DNA of 63,990 bases, filler included, from Asterionella formosa (Eukaryota): the NCBI GenBank assembly GCA_002256025.1. It is 8 parts of 8 records of this genome, joined end to end, with 100 filler letters (N's around TTAATTAATTAA, not from the genome) between each part and the next. Parts side by side here need not be neighbours in the genome. Positions count along the whole stretch, not along the records: positions 8,139 to 16,175 come from NKIB01012337.1; positions 16,276 to 24,294 come from NKIB01012338.1; positions 24,395 to 32,409 come from NKIB01012339.1; 5 more parts are not named here. One strand, 5' to 3'. The position numbers were made by a program, and so were the translations under genes. The notes beneath the pieces were generated by a model. It saw only the letters and a list, made by a program, of their open reading frames with translations. It was not told the origin of the DNA and did no database searches. Every line of letters starts with the position of its first letter. Positions within the stretch are counted from its first letter, which is position 1. Of the stretch, positions 12,250-24,456 are shown piece after piece.

Positions 12250-13723
12250 TCATTTCTTCGTGAACGCCGGTAACTTTTTATGAAAATGTGGAGCCGGATA
12301 GGGCACAGCGAGCGACGCGGCAACCTCCATCGTTGTTTGTTGCAGATATTCTTCATCGTCCGCCCTATTCCTAGCACTTCGTTCTACCATGACTTTGCGC
12401 ATGAATTCATAAACACCAAATTGAATCCCAATCATTGGTACCACCGACACCAATCGCGGCGGGAGTCCTCTATAGAAGGTAGCGAAACCCTCTTCCTTGG
12501 CCACTCGAATGGCACAATCCACAATCCCCTTATAGGGAATAGACCCCGCCAATGCCTTCATGCTAGCTTGCGTGACCAATCGTGTCTTAACTGTGTCCAT
12601 GGGAATCATAATGCACACTGTCATGGTTGCTGAAAAGCTTCCCATGATTGAATTTTCCAGATCGGTTGGGTCTCTGTCACATACCCGACGGTGAACTGCC
12701 TTGAGTCGTTGAAATAAAGTCCATGTAAGGGCCTAGATGTACAAAATGAGTTGTGCGTGCCAGAATATGAGTATCGCATGTATACCACGTATCATCTAGT
12801 GCTAGTCGTTGTGTATCCCAACTACTTACATAACTGGGAATTTTTCCTGCCAACCCAGGCCACCACCCAGCATAAAACCCTTTTACACCTTCTCGCTTCC
12901 ACAACCCCCGAATGGCCTCGGGCATATTATTATAATTCCCTGCCATGATATTGTCCGTTATCATCATTTGTGGCGTCGACACAATCGAACAACAAATGGT
13001 TGACAGCGACGAGGACAAGAAATCTAACCCAGGTCCAATTTGTTCGGCTCGCTTTCGCAGTGCTGGTGAAGATTGAACTAGGTCATTTAGCTTGGTCCGC
13101 ACAAATTCCAATACCGCAAAATTGACAGCTCCATGAGGAACAGATAACAAAAAGTTGGCCCCCGCTCCACGCGAAAGTCTTTTGAAGTTGGAAGGCTGCA
13201 GTAGTGAGTTAATGGTGGGCCGATCCGCACCGCGTGCCGATTGTAGAATTGTTTTCATGGTGTTGGCCGGATGCATGACAGTTTGTGCTATGGAGCGAGA
13301 AATGGCGCCACAGACCATGTTTTCCCAAAAGAGCAGGGGGCGACGTGGTTCCATGATTGGTTCAGGTATTGATTTTTTGGCGCAGAGCAAAACCTGCTGT
13401 TCTAGGTGGTCTAATTCGTCCATCGTGGTAGGGTCATGTTGCGGTCGTTTGGGTCTCAGCAAAGCGTATGTAGTTTGTCGAAAGGCCATTCGCTCTTCTC
13501 GTGAAGACGTGAATGCGTTTTGATGTTGGTTACGCGCGTCTGAATCTGATTGAGCCGATGAGCAGTGTCTGGTGGAATATTGGCGATGGCTGAGTCGGAC
13601 TCTGCCGAAATGGGATGTTGCTGCCAGGCCCCGTCCATTCGCAGCCGCAACTAGTACCAGCAGTATAAGTACCGGTAATAGCAAGCATTGGAGCGGGCGT
13701 TGTCCGTGTGGTCGGAGATTCAT
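12250..13723 (-). CDS. Mitochondrial carrier family (SLC25) protein with N-terminal signal-peptide-like extension; 2 exons (13723-12830, 12732-12250)
   Basis: Three Px[DE]xx[KR]-type repeats (HPANTMK, TPQMMIT, IPMDTVKTR), plus GFYAGWWP and FYRGLPPRL. The GT-AG intron 12829-12733 (97 nt) joins IPSY|ALTW in frame. Confidence 0.92.
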
Positions 13724-14838
13724 CGTGCTCGACGGAATTGATCAAGAAAGGATGCTGGAAGAACCAAGCAAACAAAACACGCTAGGACTTTTCGCGCAAG
13801 ATACGTTGGATCGTATGTGTGATGGTGCAAAAAGGAAGAAGTCACAGACGCAAATGTCGGTCTATACACCGGTAGTCANNNNNNNNNNNNNNNNNNNNNN
13901 NNNNNNNNNNNNNNNNNNNNNNNNNNNNNNNNNNNNNNNNNNNNNNNNNNNNNNNNNNNNNNNNNNNNNNNNNNNNNNNNNNNNNNNNNNNNNNNNNNNN
14001 NNNNNNNNNNNNNNNNNNNNNNNNNNNNNNNNNNNNNNNNNNNNNNNNNNNNNNNNNNNNNNNNNNNNNNNNNNNNNNNNNNNNNNNNNNNNNNNNNNNN
14101 NNNNNNNNNNNNNNNNNNNNNNNNNNNNNNNNNNNNNNNNNNNNNNNNNNNNNNNNNNNNNNNNNNNNNNNNNNNNNNNNNNNNNNNNNNNNNNNNNNNN
14201 NNNNNNNNNNNNNNNNNNNNNNNNNNNNNNNNNNNNNNNNNNNNNNNNNNNNNNNNNNNNNNNNNNNNNNNNNNNNNNNNNNNNNNNNNNNNNNNNNNNN
14301 NNNNNNNNNNNNNNNNNNNNNNNNNNNNNNNNNNNNNNNNNNNNNNNNNNNNNNNNNNNNNNNNNNNNNNNNNNNNNNNNNNNNNNNNNNNNNNNNNNNN
14401 NNNNNNNNNNNNNNNNNNNNNNNNNNNNNNNNNNNNNNNNNNNNNNNNNNNNNNNNNNNNNNNNNNNNNNNNNNNNNNNNNNNNNNNNNNNNNNNNNNNN
14501 NNNNNNNNNNNNNNNNNNNNNNNNNNNNNNNNNNNNNNNNNNNNNNNNNNNNNNNNNNNNNNNNNNNNNNNNNNNNNNNNNNNNNNNNNNNNNNNNNNNN
14601 NNNNNNNNNNNNNNNNNNNNNNNNNNNNNNNNNNNNNNNNNNNNNNNNNNNNNNNNNNNNNNNNNNNNNNNNNNNNNNNNNNNNNNNNNNNNNNNNNNNN
14701 NNNNNNNNNNNNNNNNNNNNNNNNNNNNNNNNNNNNNNNNNNNNNNNNNNNNNNNNNNNNNNNNNNNNNNNNNNNNNNNNNNNNNNNNNNNNNNNNNNNN
14801 NNNNNNNNNNNNNNNNNNNNNNNNNNNNNNNNNNNNNN

Positions 14839-16124
14839 AAATCCATGCTCTCTCGGATTGTCACATCCTGGATTCCCTCATGGCCCCAGTCACCAGCTAG
14901 CAGGTAGTTCCCAGAAATATGATGCTCCCAGAAGATTTCATCAACACGATTGTCTGGATCATCCAGAATGTGCAAAATGGAACCAGCCTCGATCGCAGGT
15001 GAGTCAATGTCAAGCTTGAAGAGGACATAGTCATTTGGTGTCACTTTCTCCTTGATAAGTGTGGGCAAAAATGGATTCTTTGCAGTATGATACTTGGCAT
15101 TATTGACCACTTTTGTTTGTTGGTATACAGTCTTGTGCCGGACATATGGTGGTACTGAATAGTAAAAATTTTCTTCCGGCACAGACATTTCAAAGGCTAG
15201 GATTTCGTCGAATTCAATTCCATGGCGTTCCCACAGGGTGTAGAAGTATATCAATGATGGCCCACCCAATCCCTTGTCCCATGAGGATGCTCCGGCATCA
15301 AAATACCAGGACTTGTCGTAACGTACAGGAGGAGGTGGGGGAATGAGCCATCCCTTGAAGACAACAGAATGATAGCTATACCCCTCTTCATTCTGTGGAT
15401 GTTCATCCTCAGGTGGCCCGATGTTGTTAATACATCGACAAAGTGGAAACCGGAGGTGAGATGCCAGGGGTTCAATGTATTCCACGTATTCTTCTCCAGT
15501 TGTTTCATCTAAAAATACAAATTTCGAAACCACATCTTCCATGTCTGGACCAGGAACGACCGGTTGAGCAGGGAGCAGTAGGACAGAATTGGGCACCTCA
15601 GCGGGTCGCTCCCATGTCATAACCATCTCTTCAAATGTGCCATCATTCTTTCTATTGTACCAAAGCTTGTACAGTCCATCATCAATGAGGCACCAATGAT
15701 TGTAAGGAGCGACAAAGTGCGACGTGCAAGTGGCATTAAGCAATTGATGAATCAATGCTGGGTGCAAGGTCGTCAAGGCGTGACATATCTCTGCATCTTT
15801 TTCCCACTGTTTGGCATTGTCGAGCCATAGCTGTTCCAATTTGGAAGATGTGTAGGAAACGAATTTCCGTTTTAGCCCTTGAGCATTCGGAATTGTTGCA
15901 TTCGCACGGATTTGTAAGTTGGAAGTGTCCCAGTGCCGTTCGGCGCCAAGACTTTCAGTGGCATGGGGCAATATCGCCTCATGGCTGTATGCTGCCAATG
16001 TAGCTGCTTTATGCTCCTCTATCCTCCTTGTATCACGGAACATTTGTAAACACAAAAAGACTGCATTTAAGGCGAGCAAAGCGATCACCGCGACGTTCCG
16101 TTGATTCGTCGTCATCGTCATCAT
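14839..16124 (-). CDS. Type II membrane FkbM-like/SAM-dependent methyltransferase-like protein (3' end lost in gap)
   Basis: N-terminal TM helix (VAVIALLALNAVFLCL), YFDAGASSW, EILAFE, DYVLFKLDIDSPAIE and VDEIFWEHH motifs. The ORF runs into the N-gap. Confidence 0.7.
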
Positions 16125-16406
16125 CCATGGGATTTTCTCTATGATGTACAAACATTTCGATGCCTTCCTGAGTACNNNNNNNNNNNNNNNNNNNNNNNNN
16201 NNNNNNNNNNNNNNNNNNNTTAATTAATTAANNNNNNNNNNNNNNNNNNNNNNNNNNNNNNNNNNNNNNNNNNNNTATGTAATAATATCTACTCCACGGG
16301 CCGGCTACACTTACATTGCTGCATTAAATTCTCAATAACCAAAAAGTCAAGCCGCATCGCTGGTCGCCAATTTCCTTCATCCCCACCGTTGTTTTCACCA
16401 CCAACA

Positions 16407-19400
16407 ATGGTGAAAGATCCTAAAGTAATCAAAAAGCTGGCTCCCAAGGAAAAGGGTCGCTGGTCTCTTGGCAAAGCCGGCTTGAAAGATGAACTGTTAC
16501 CGGACTATGGCGACCCGTCCGTCAGATTTGCCGCGGAACGCACTGCTGATCGACCTTTGCAAAAGTCGGACGGACGCCCCGGGATGAGTAAAATGGGAAT
16601 GAGCAAAACCAGCATGAACAAGGCGAAAAACATCGCGCAATCGGCAGGAACGACGCGATTGAACAGAATTCTAGACCAGCCGAACGAATATCGCATTGGG
16701 TATGTGCCGAACCTTTACGATGATTTGGAGACGGAACCAGAGTACAACGCAAGGTTTAAGCCACGAGCAAAGGAAAATAAAAAGATGGACAAGGTCAATG
16801 ATCCCATGAATGAAGCAGAAGTGGCTGCATTTGTGGGAAAAGTTGTGATTCCGGAGTTGAAAGTGGATGCTCGCTCCATTGGCGGACAAGCGGATCCCAA
16901 GCTCAAGAAGACCATGGTGCAAGAGACGCTATTTAGTATGCGATGCAAGGAATTCAGCATGTCAGGGAATGACACCAATCCAATTTCACAGTCGGCATTG
17001 GAGGCTCCAGACCTGTATGCCAAGCACAAAAGATCGCTAGGCTTTGCCGGAGGCCCCAAGGCACGCAACAAAATCAAGTATGTATTTTTGGTACGCTCCA
17101 CTAATCGGCCTCTCTTGAGCGCCACGGAAGTTAATGGAAAGACATCAAACTCTTCCAAGTTACCTAATGACTCCACCCATGATGGCGGCAATGACGATGA
17201 TGATGATGACTCTTATGACAAAATGTACCGTCCCGAAGAAGGGGAAGGCGACGACGGAGAGCAAGAAGAAAACCAACCCTCTCAAAAGAAGGACCAGGAA
17301 GGCGAGATTTCGTCCTTTCCAGCTTTTGTATGTATGACCATTAACCCTGACGGAACCTCTCCAGATGTACGCAAATTGATCGAATTGGACCTCCTATCAA
17401 CTGTCCAAAATGTCACTACTGGTGGAGCGTCTATTGTACAGCTTGCCTTTGAAGATGGAGATACCGTCAAGTTGGACTTTGCTGTCGAAGATGGTCAAGA
17501 GTCAACGGCGAGTATGAGGAAGGAAAAATTTGTCTGGTCTCTCTTGCAAATCCATGCCATGTTGTGCACGTCCGTGGTCGAGCGGAATTCATTGGGAAAT
17601 CGGAATACAGTAACAGGACCGTCCTCCAAGGACCGTCTATTGCAAGCTTTGAATGTGCGCAATTTAGACCGTGCAGAATTGCAATATGTTGCGACCGTCA
17701 ACGGCTTTTTGCGAGACTCTTCCACTCTCTGTGCCCTGCTCGATCGCCAATGTGATCTTGGGCCAGGTCATGGTGACAGCATAGAAGATGAAAAGAAGGA
17801 GGAAATGGATGGCATGGCATATGACATGATGATGGGAAACTTCAGTACAAGAGTTGCCATTTATAATTCTGCCGAAGAGCGAGCCGATGCTGAAGAAGTA
17901 TTGAATGGTTTTGAAGTGCTTGTCAATGAAGAAGATGCACTAGCAGCCGAAGTATTAAAGCAAAAGTTAGAAGAGCGAATGCAAGAATTGGAAGCGGAAA
18001 CTTGCCGCCGACTGATCGCATGGGAAGATGAAAAACACTATTCGCTAATGGGGCAGGATTTTGATATGGCAGACCGTGATTCCGAAGACGCCTTGTCGTT
18101 GGCGGGTTTGTTCAAGACCTTGGATTCTCTTGACAAAGAGTTGGAATTAATGGAAACGTGGCTACACGGTCGTGCAAGTGTCATAAAGCCGTTGACTGAC
18201 GATTGTAGAGATATCGAAGAGGAAAATCGTCAGTTGGAACAGCAATGGAAGTCGTATGAACTGCTTGGGGATGAATTGAAGCGTGTGTTGACAGGTGTTG
18301 GTATCGATAAGGCACATGAAAAGATTCTGAAGAATCCTGCTTCTGCCCTAACGTATGACGGTACCGGAAGTATTGATATTATTGAAAGTGATGCTGGGGT
18401 AGACCAGATTCACGTTGCTGGTAAGGCTCTCAAGCAGGCAATGGAGAACGCCAAGAAGGCAGGATGCCTTCACTTGCGTGCAGTCAATGAACGAGTGGAA
18501 GACTTGACAGTCATGTCCAACTCGTTCTGCACAGCTCTAGCAATGATTATTGTGACAGTTATGGAGCAGATTAAAGCAGAGGTCATGGTTTCCAGTGACA
18601 ATGGAAAAGTCAGTAAATCTGACACGCACGCTATGATTGCGAAAAAGATTCGTGATGTAAGTTGAAAAAATGGGTCACGTCGTTTTCTAATCTTTTGAAT
18701 TAACTTTTTTGTTTCTAACCGCGGTGTTGTCATAGACCCAACGAAAGTTCCAGTCAGCGCTTTTGGGTTACATGAAGTTGATTGAAGTCCTGTCCTTGTT
18801 AAAGCCTTCCCTTTTGCAAGCAATTCGTGACGCATACGCTGAAATGGTTGCAGAAGGTATTCTCATGAAGAAACGAATGAAGGGCTACTTCCAAGCTTTG
18901 CCGGGAAAGAACTCTGCTTATCTGAATCTAACTTCCAAAGACTTGAAGGATTATCCTTCCTTCAAAGAGAACTACGACGACGAAAAGAAAGTGAACGGCA
19001 CTGACATCAGCGCGGCATTGTCCGAGCTGCTCCCTGTGATTGCTCGGGAAGCCTATTTTACAGCTGCTTTGTTTGGGTTATCAACAAAGAATCTAGACGG
19101 CCGTGAGAAGAAGCGCAACTTCGAGTCCGCCAAGCGAAGTGTTGACCACTCTACACAATACTTTCGATACTATATTCAACGTACTTGCGGTATTGTCCAG
19201 GATGGTATAGATGACAACAATGTCGGCACTTCCAAGCTGAAGGGTGACCCTATGCTTTCCTTGGTATCATCCATCCATCTGAACGAGGTAATGGAGCAAT
19301 ACATTGATCGAGAAAAGAAAGGAGGTGATCACTCCCTGTCCTTGGCCTATGTCCGTGCTAGTATTCTCGGTCTTCGAAAGAAGGTTGACAAACAATGGGT

Positions 19401-20313
19401 CGAATGGGTGGAGGAACAGATTGAATGGGTAAAGTCTAACCCGGGTGTACCTGCAAGCGGTAAACGCGCTGGTATTTTCATGTCATTCTCTCGATTTCCC
19501 GTTTACCTAGACCATATCATCCTGTGTTGCCGCGAGGGAAGACCTGATACTTACACACCCGACTTTGCTAGTATCCAAGTCGTGTCGTACTACCTACAAA
19601 AGATCGCAGCTGCCTTGTTGGAATCACTCCGTGTATGCTCTGAACGTGAAACAACCGATCAACAGTATGCCGCCAATGTAATGAGGATGGAGAACACATA
19701 CTTTTTCTCTCAACAAATCAAGGAGCGAGGTCCTGAGATTGGTAATCTATTTGCGAAGCAGCTCCTGAAAGCCAGTGCAGTCTGCAAACAGAGTACTGAT
19801 GCGTACTTGGGTTGGATGATCAAACGTGAATTCAAAGCCCTCCACACCTTGTTTTCTCACATCTCACGAATCCGTCGTGATGTTGGCGACAAGGATGTTC
19901 CCATCCACATTCCACGAACCACCTTCGTGAAGACGCTCCAAAAAGAGTCAAACCGTGAAGTGATGAAGGAAAAGATTGCTACAATCTATGCTCGTATGGA
20001 GAAGCACCTATCCGAGGAGGGTTGCTTGTTGCCGGTCGCGTGGAAGGCACTGGTCAAGGTCTTGTACGAATGGTTCGGGCGCTGGGAAAAGCTCAGTAGT
20101 CAGTGTTATAAGCACGTGTTGGAACCCAGTGCCGTGGATGTTGTGCGCTTGGCAAAACAAGCCGGGGCGCCAGCAAATGTTGCCAAAGTGAAGTTGCATT
20201 CAGCTGTTGACGCCTTGAAAAAATCCAAGTTGACGGCGGGATTGGGGTCAGTGGTTAACAAGGGCGGCCCAGCCAAGAGGGCTACTAGTACATCAGGGAT
20301 GGCTGATTTTTAA
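16407..20313 (+). CDS. SEC3: Exocyst complex component Sec3/EXOC1; 2 exons (16407-18656, 18736-20313)
   Basis: Coiled-coil segment DIEEENRQLEQQWKSYELLGDELKRVL and a long helical Sec3_C-like C-terminus (VMRMENTYFF, YARMEKHL..LLPVAW). The GT-AG intron 18657-18735 joins the two ORFs in frame. Confidence 0.8.
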
Positions 20314-20369
20314 GGTGTCAATAAAATCATGCATAAATGTAAACGATAGTGAAGCGATATTTTGGATTC

Positions 20370-21368
20370 TTAATTCGTGACTGTATCTAAGCACACATAA
20401 CCGCACCCTTTGTCATCCTGCATGCAGTCATTTAGCAGCTTGCGTACTCCGTTGATGGAACATGCAAATGTGGTTGACCCGAAGCACTTGTGTTGTGCCC
20501 GCTGTAGTACCTCCTGAAAGTGTAGGACTTGCGTCTCAACCATGGATCGCCCCAAGTGGTCTATTGTAATGTCTAACGATCGCACTGCTGCTTGGTACAA
20601 TTCTTCGTCACCTTTAACACGTATTTTCCAGTCTTTGCTGTTGAGAAAAAACACTCGTTGCAGCATCGGAATGAGGAAGACGCAATTGGTAGTTCCATTT
20701 ATGGCGAATATATCATTGGAAGGCAGGAATAGTATATCTCCCCATTCCAGACCCATCAGTATCTTAAATACAACCAAACTCTCTTCTATTCTTTCAACAA
20801 CGCCAATAAAGTGGTATTTTTGAAGAATAGCACCAACAACCGTGTCAAAGTCCGTAGTGCTGTTCGAGTAGATAAAGGAGGGACCCAATGTTCTAAGTGA
20901 GTATTGGCTCAAGTGCTCTTGAGTTGTGACAAATTGATGAAATCTTTTGATAAAGTAGTTGGATCTTCCCTTCTTTCCTTCGAAAAGAATAAACTCAGCT
21001 TGAGCTCGTTCGGATGGTTCTCGTATAAACGTCCAATGGAACGATTGATTATCATTTGGTCTCCCGTACTTCCGTTGTAATTGGAGATCAATCCCTCCCA
21101 ATACGGCATTTTGAACATTGTCTAATTCAGTAAAAACTGGTACTAATCCCTTGTTGGATTTTTGCCATATTCGTTGTGGAATGGCGGGTCGGACAACATC
21201 GAACTCTCCTCCATCACTGCGCTCCCTGCTGTCGTTGAGTGTGGCGGCAGGACAAGCGACTCGCAGCAGTACATATTCCATCAATGACCTCTCCACGAAA
21301 ATTGAAATAAGCAGCGCTAATGGAACAGTCCATTTCTCATACACTACGTGTTTTCGAAGCATGGGCAT
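20370..21368 (-). CDS. Membrane-anchored sulfotransferase-like protein (diatom-expanded type)
   Basis: N-terminal TM, WTFIREPSERA (3'-PB-like), YHFIGVVERIEESLVV, DEELYQAAVRSLD and a C-terminal GCGYVCLD. The 5'-PSB KTxSST motif is not evident. Confidence 0.6.
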   Translation of the reverse strand: MPMLRKHVVYEKWTVPLALLISIFVERSLMEYVLLRVACPAATLNDSRERSDGGEFDVVRPAIPQRIWQKSNKGLVPVFTELDNVQNAVLGGIDLQLQRKYGRPNDNQSFHWTFIREPSERAQAEFILFEGKKGRSNYFIKRFHQFVTTQEHLSQYSLRTLGPSFIYSNSTTDFDTVVGAILQKYHFIGVVERIEESLVVFKILMGLEWGDILFLPSNDIFAINGTTNCVFLIPMLQRVFFLNSKDWKIRVKGDEELYQAAVRSLDITIDHLGRSMVETQVLHFQEVLQRAQHKCFGSTTFACSINGVRKLLNDCMQDDKGCGYVCLDTVTN

Positions 21369-21739
21369 GAGTAGATAGATCGAAGACACTGATAGAGAAT
21401 GCCATTGTCGACAATTCCATTTCTGTTCCCGGTAGACTACTACGGATAATGATACAGTGGTCTAATTTAGCCTTGTCATGATTTTTTTTGCTTGTTTGTG
21501 TGACTGTCTCGTATCACGAGCTAACCTGACTGCCAAACCTAGCAATGACTGCGCAGACGGAATAACCCGGCAGGCGCGTACTATGATAGTTTTGTCAGCC
21601 AATGCTCGCAATGTGATCGTTATAGTTGCTTGAAAAATCGCTGCTGTCGATATTTGTACATGAGGATGTGCATGTCCATTGTGTAAATAAAAGAATTACG
21701 AAAAAATTTGTGTTGAAAGCAAGTTATAGCTTCTTCACA

Positions 21740-22950
21740 ATGCCATACATCGTCCTCCTCCTCCTTGTCGTCGTTACGGTTTCTGCCGATACCCTTGGAT
21801 TCCTCGCCAAGGAGTCTAAGTTTATTTCGAAGGATGATATCAGTGCTTCCAGCGCGTTTGGGAGAACCATCATGGCCAATGCACGCGCATTGGCCAACAA
21901 CAACAATAACAACCAAAATCAATACAATTTGGACTTTTTGTCGGCGTACAGCATCAAATTCCAGGGATGTCATCACGTTTCGCAATGGAATGCAGATGCT
22001 CACGATGAAGGGGACGTTCGCATTTTGACGAAACGTCTCGTTCGGTTTCGGCTCTGTCCTTCGGATTCTTGCAGCAATGATAGAACTGCCGGATGCTCAT
22101 CAAAGTATGGAGACTACGTGGTTGACCTAGATACCTTCGTCGCTTCCTACCTTTCAGCCATTGCCAACGAGGAGGGAGACATTTGTGATTCGACTGAATA
22201 TGAGTGCAAGCAAAGCTGTAACAATGGGAAGGACGAGGACTGCATGGCCGACTGTTTTGATGGCTTTGGTGTTTCTTACTGTATCAACGGCGCCACGGAT
22301 GATAACAACGGATTCGATGTTTCAGGGTACGGGGCATGCGCTCAATTTAAGATGAATGGACGTCGATCCTTGGCAGAAGATTACAAATATTACCTTGGAC
22401 CGTACTGCGCCGATCAGGGTGGCGAGATCCACCTGGGCTTGTTTACTGATGATACGTGTACTACTTTCGCCAGCAATGGAGAGGCCGCGTTCGAAAGTGC
22501 CACGGGATTCAGCCTTCCCTACAGTGACACATCTCTAGTTTCGAATCGTTGCTTGGCCTGTTCACATATAAATGGAGATGGAAACACTGAAATAAAGGAT
22601 GTCTGCACCACTACCTACTCTGTCTCAGGAAAGTGTGAAACGAAGATGGCAATTGAATACCCCAATGAGAGTGCCTGCACATATGTGGAGGGAATCAAAA
22701 TCATCAGGGCTGACGGTGTCATTCGAACGTCGGCTGTCAGAAAGTCCAAATCAGCTGCTGTTTGCATTGGACTCTTTCTTACTATTGCTGTTCTCTTGGC
22801 TGGATACGTTTATTACCTTCGAACCAGTAAGTTACATTCTTCGGTTTTCTTGTCATGTTTCGAGATTCTCCTCCAACCCCTTGCCCCCTTTTTAAAGAGC
22901 TCGGAAGGGCAAAAGTCAATCTTTCTGCCGCTTCTGCCACGCTGGTGTAA
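21740..22950 (+). CDS. Silicanin-1-like (Sin1 family) membrane protein; 2 exons (21740-22826, 22898-22950)
   Basis: Signal peptide, RxL motif (ARAL) followed by an N/Q-rich tract, YSIKFQGC, VRFRLCPSDSC, YGDYVVDLDTF, a Cys-rich luminal domain, one C-terminal TM and a short tail KLGRAKVNLS after intron 22827-22897. Confidence 0.8.
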
Positions 22951-23385
22951 TACTTTGTGTGCACACCTATCGACAAAGATCCAAGTGTAGTTAAGTAGAA
23001 TGGATCATTGCATTTTTAACCTGGCGTGTTGCTATTAGATGGTACTTTAGTGTGTGGCTGTAGGAATGATGGATGTATGAGTACAGTTGGGAATTCAAAT
23101 AATGTCGTGTGAAGCAATTTCTTGTGCTGGATGGTTTTGTAACTTGCAACCAGAGCTTGTCCAATTATTGTAAATGATTGCAGGCAGCATCACCATTTGT
23201 CTTGTGTGCATACTTAATCGACACTACAAACTGCAGATAAAAGGTGCCGTGATGCAATTTACTTAACAATGATTGAATCTGTTCATGATATGTTAATATA
23301 ATAAAGATGTTACTATAGTGCTCCTGCCCCATGGAGTTAGGGCTTTCATTTATCACAATATTGGCTATGTATCCACCTCTATGAC

Positions 23386-24294
23386 CTAAATATTAATTCT
23401 GGTACAAGGGAGTGCTTGAGGGAGAGCTTGCTCAGGGTGGTGGTCTCCATGCCCATTCCCGGTTGCGGCAAGCTCCACCTTGCTGTAAGGGAATGGCCCT
23501 CCTGGATCAATCCGTCCTGTTGGTCCATTCCTTTCTATTGTTTCATTTGTTGTCTCTGACGCCGGCACAGTCGGTTCGCCCAAGTTCTCGTCATTTTCCT
23601 TAGGCGTTCCCAACACTAAGTTCGTACCTTTATTGTCATGGGCATCGCCATCTTTATGTTCAACAATCTCAAATTCTATCTCAATTTCCATTTCATCCTT
23701 CAACTCCTCTGGTTTATTATCTGGGCCTTCCTTCGGCTGCCCCATGGCTTCCTGTTGGTCCATATCTTGTCGAGTGCCCGAGTATTCCATAATAATTTCG
23801 ATCAGTCGATTTGTTTCTTCCCGTCCGGTTGTTTTAAATGTGAATTTTCGAGATCTGAAAAGTCCAAAGACTACCTCAAGGATATCCATCACTTGAGGGT
23901 CGTTGCTGTCTTGCAAAGCAATGACATTGGAAAGGTTTATTGATGCCAGGGGGATCAAGTGCTTTAATAGAGCCTCCTCTCGAGGTACGGGCTCCCAGGT
24001 TGCCATTGTCGGCAATTCGTATCGTGGAAGGAGCTCTTTGAATGCATTCTCGGCCCAAGTACCACGCTCAATATTCTCAAAGGGCGTGCAATCAAAGAGG
24101 TGAAGATTCTTATCGGCAGTAATGACAATAAGGGTGGTTCTCCAGGTTCCCATCAAGCCAGTCCTGCGGTCAACAACCTTGGCATGCTCCAATAGACCAT
24201 TGTCAAAGAATTCGCCAGGAAGAGTGTCCAGCAGCTCATCCAAGTCTGGCATTCCACCTGATCGATTCATGATCTTTGACTGTCGCCTAGGCTC
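23386..24294 (-). CDS. Partial CDS (5' end in gap) with PH-like domain and acidic tail
   Basis: Open frame up to the gap. GTWRTTLIVITADKNLHLFD and KFTFKTTGREETNRLIEII resemble PH-domain strands and the terminal helix. Confidence 0.6.
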   Translation of the reverse strand, partial: EPRRQSKIMNRSGGMPDLDELLDTLPGEFFDNGLLEHAKVVDRRTGLMGTWRTTLIVITADKNLHLFDCTPFENIERGTWAENAFKELLPRYELPTMATWEPVPREEALLKHLIPLASINLSNVIALQDSNDPQVMDILEVVFGLFRSRKFTFKTTGREETNRLIEIIMEYSGTRQDMDQQEAMGQPKEGPDNKPEELKDEMEIEIEFEIVEHKDGDAHDNKGTNLVLGTPKENDENLGEPTVPASETTNETIERNGPTGRIDPGGPFPYSKVELAATGNGHGDHHPEQALPQALPCTRINI

Positions 24295-24456
24295 NNNNNN
24301 NNNNNNNNNNNNNNNNNNNNNNNNNNNNNNNNNNNNNNTTAATTAATTAANNNNNNNNNNNNNNNNNNNNNNNNNNNNNNNNNNNNNNNNNNNNTTATTA
24401 CGATACAGTAAACTCCGAATTCAAGATATAACAACAACCAAGCAACAAGAAGGACC

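Noticed and set aside
13572..14900. Long ORFs spanning N-gaps (also 10244-10765, 37211-37813, 45291-46103)
   Set aside because: Their length comes from runs of X, so they are not evidence of genes.
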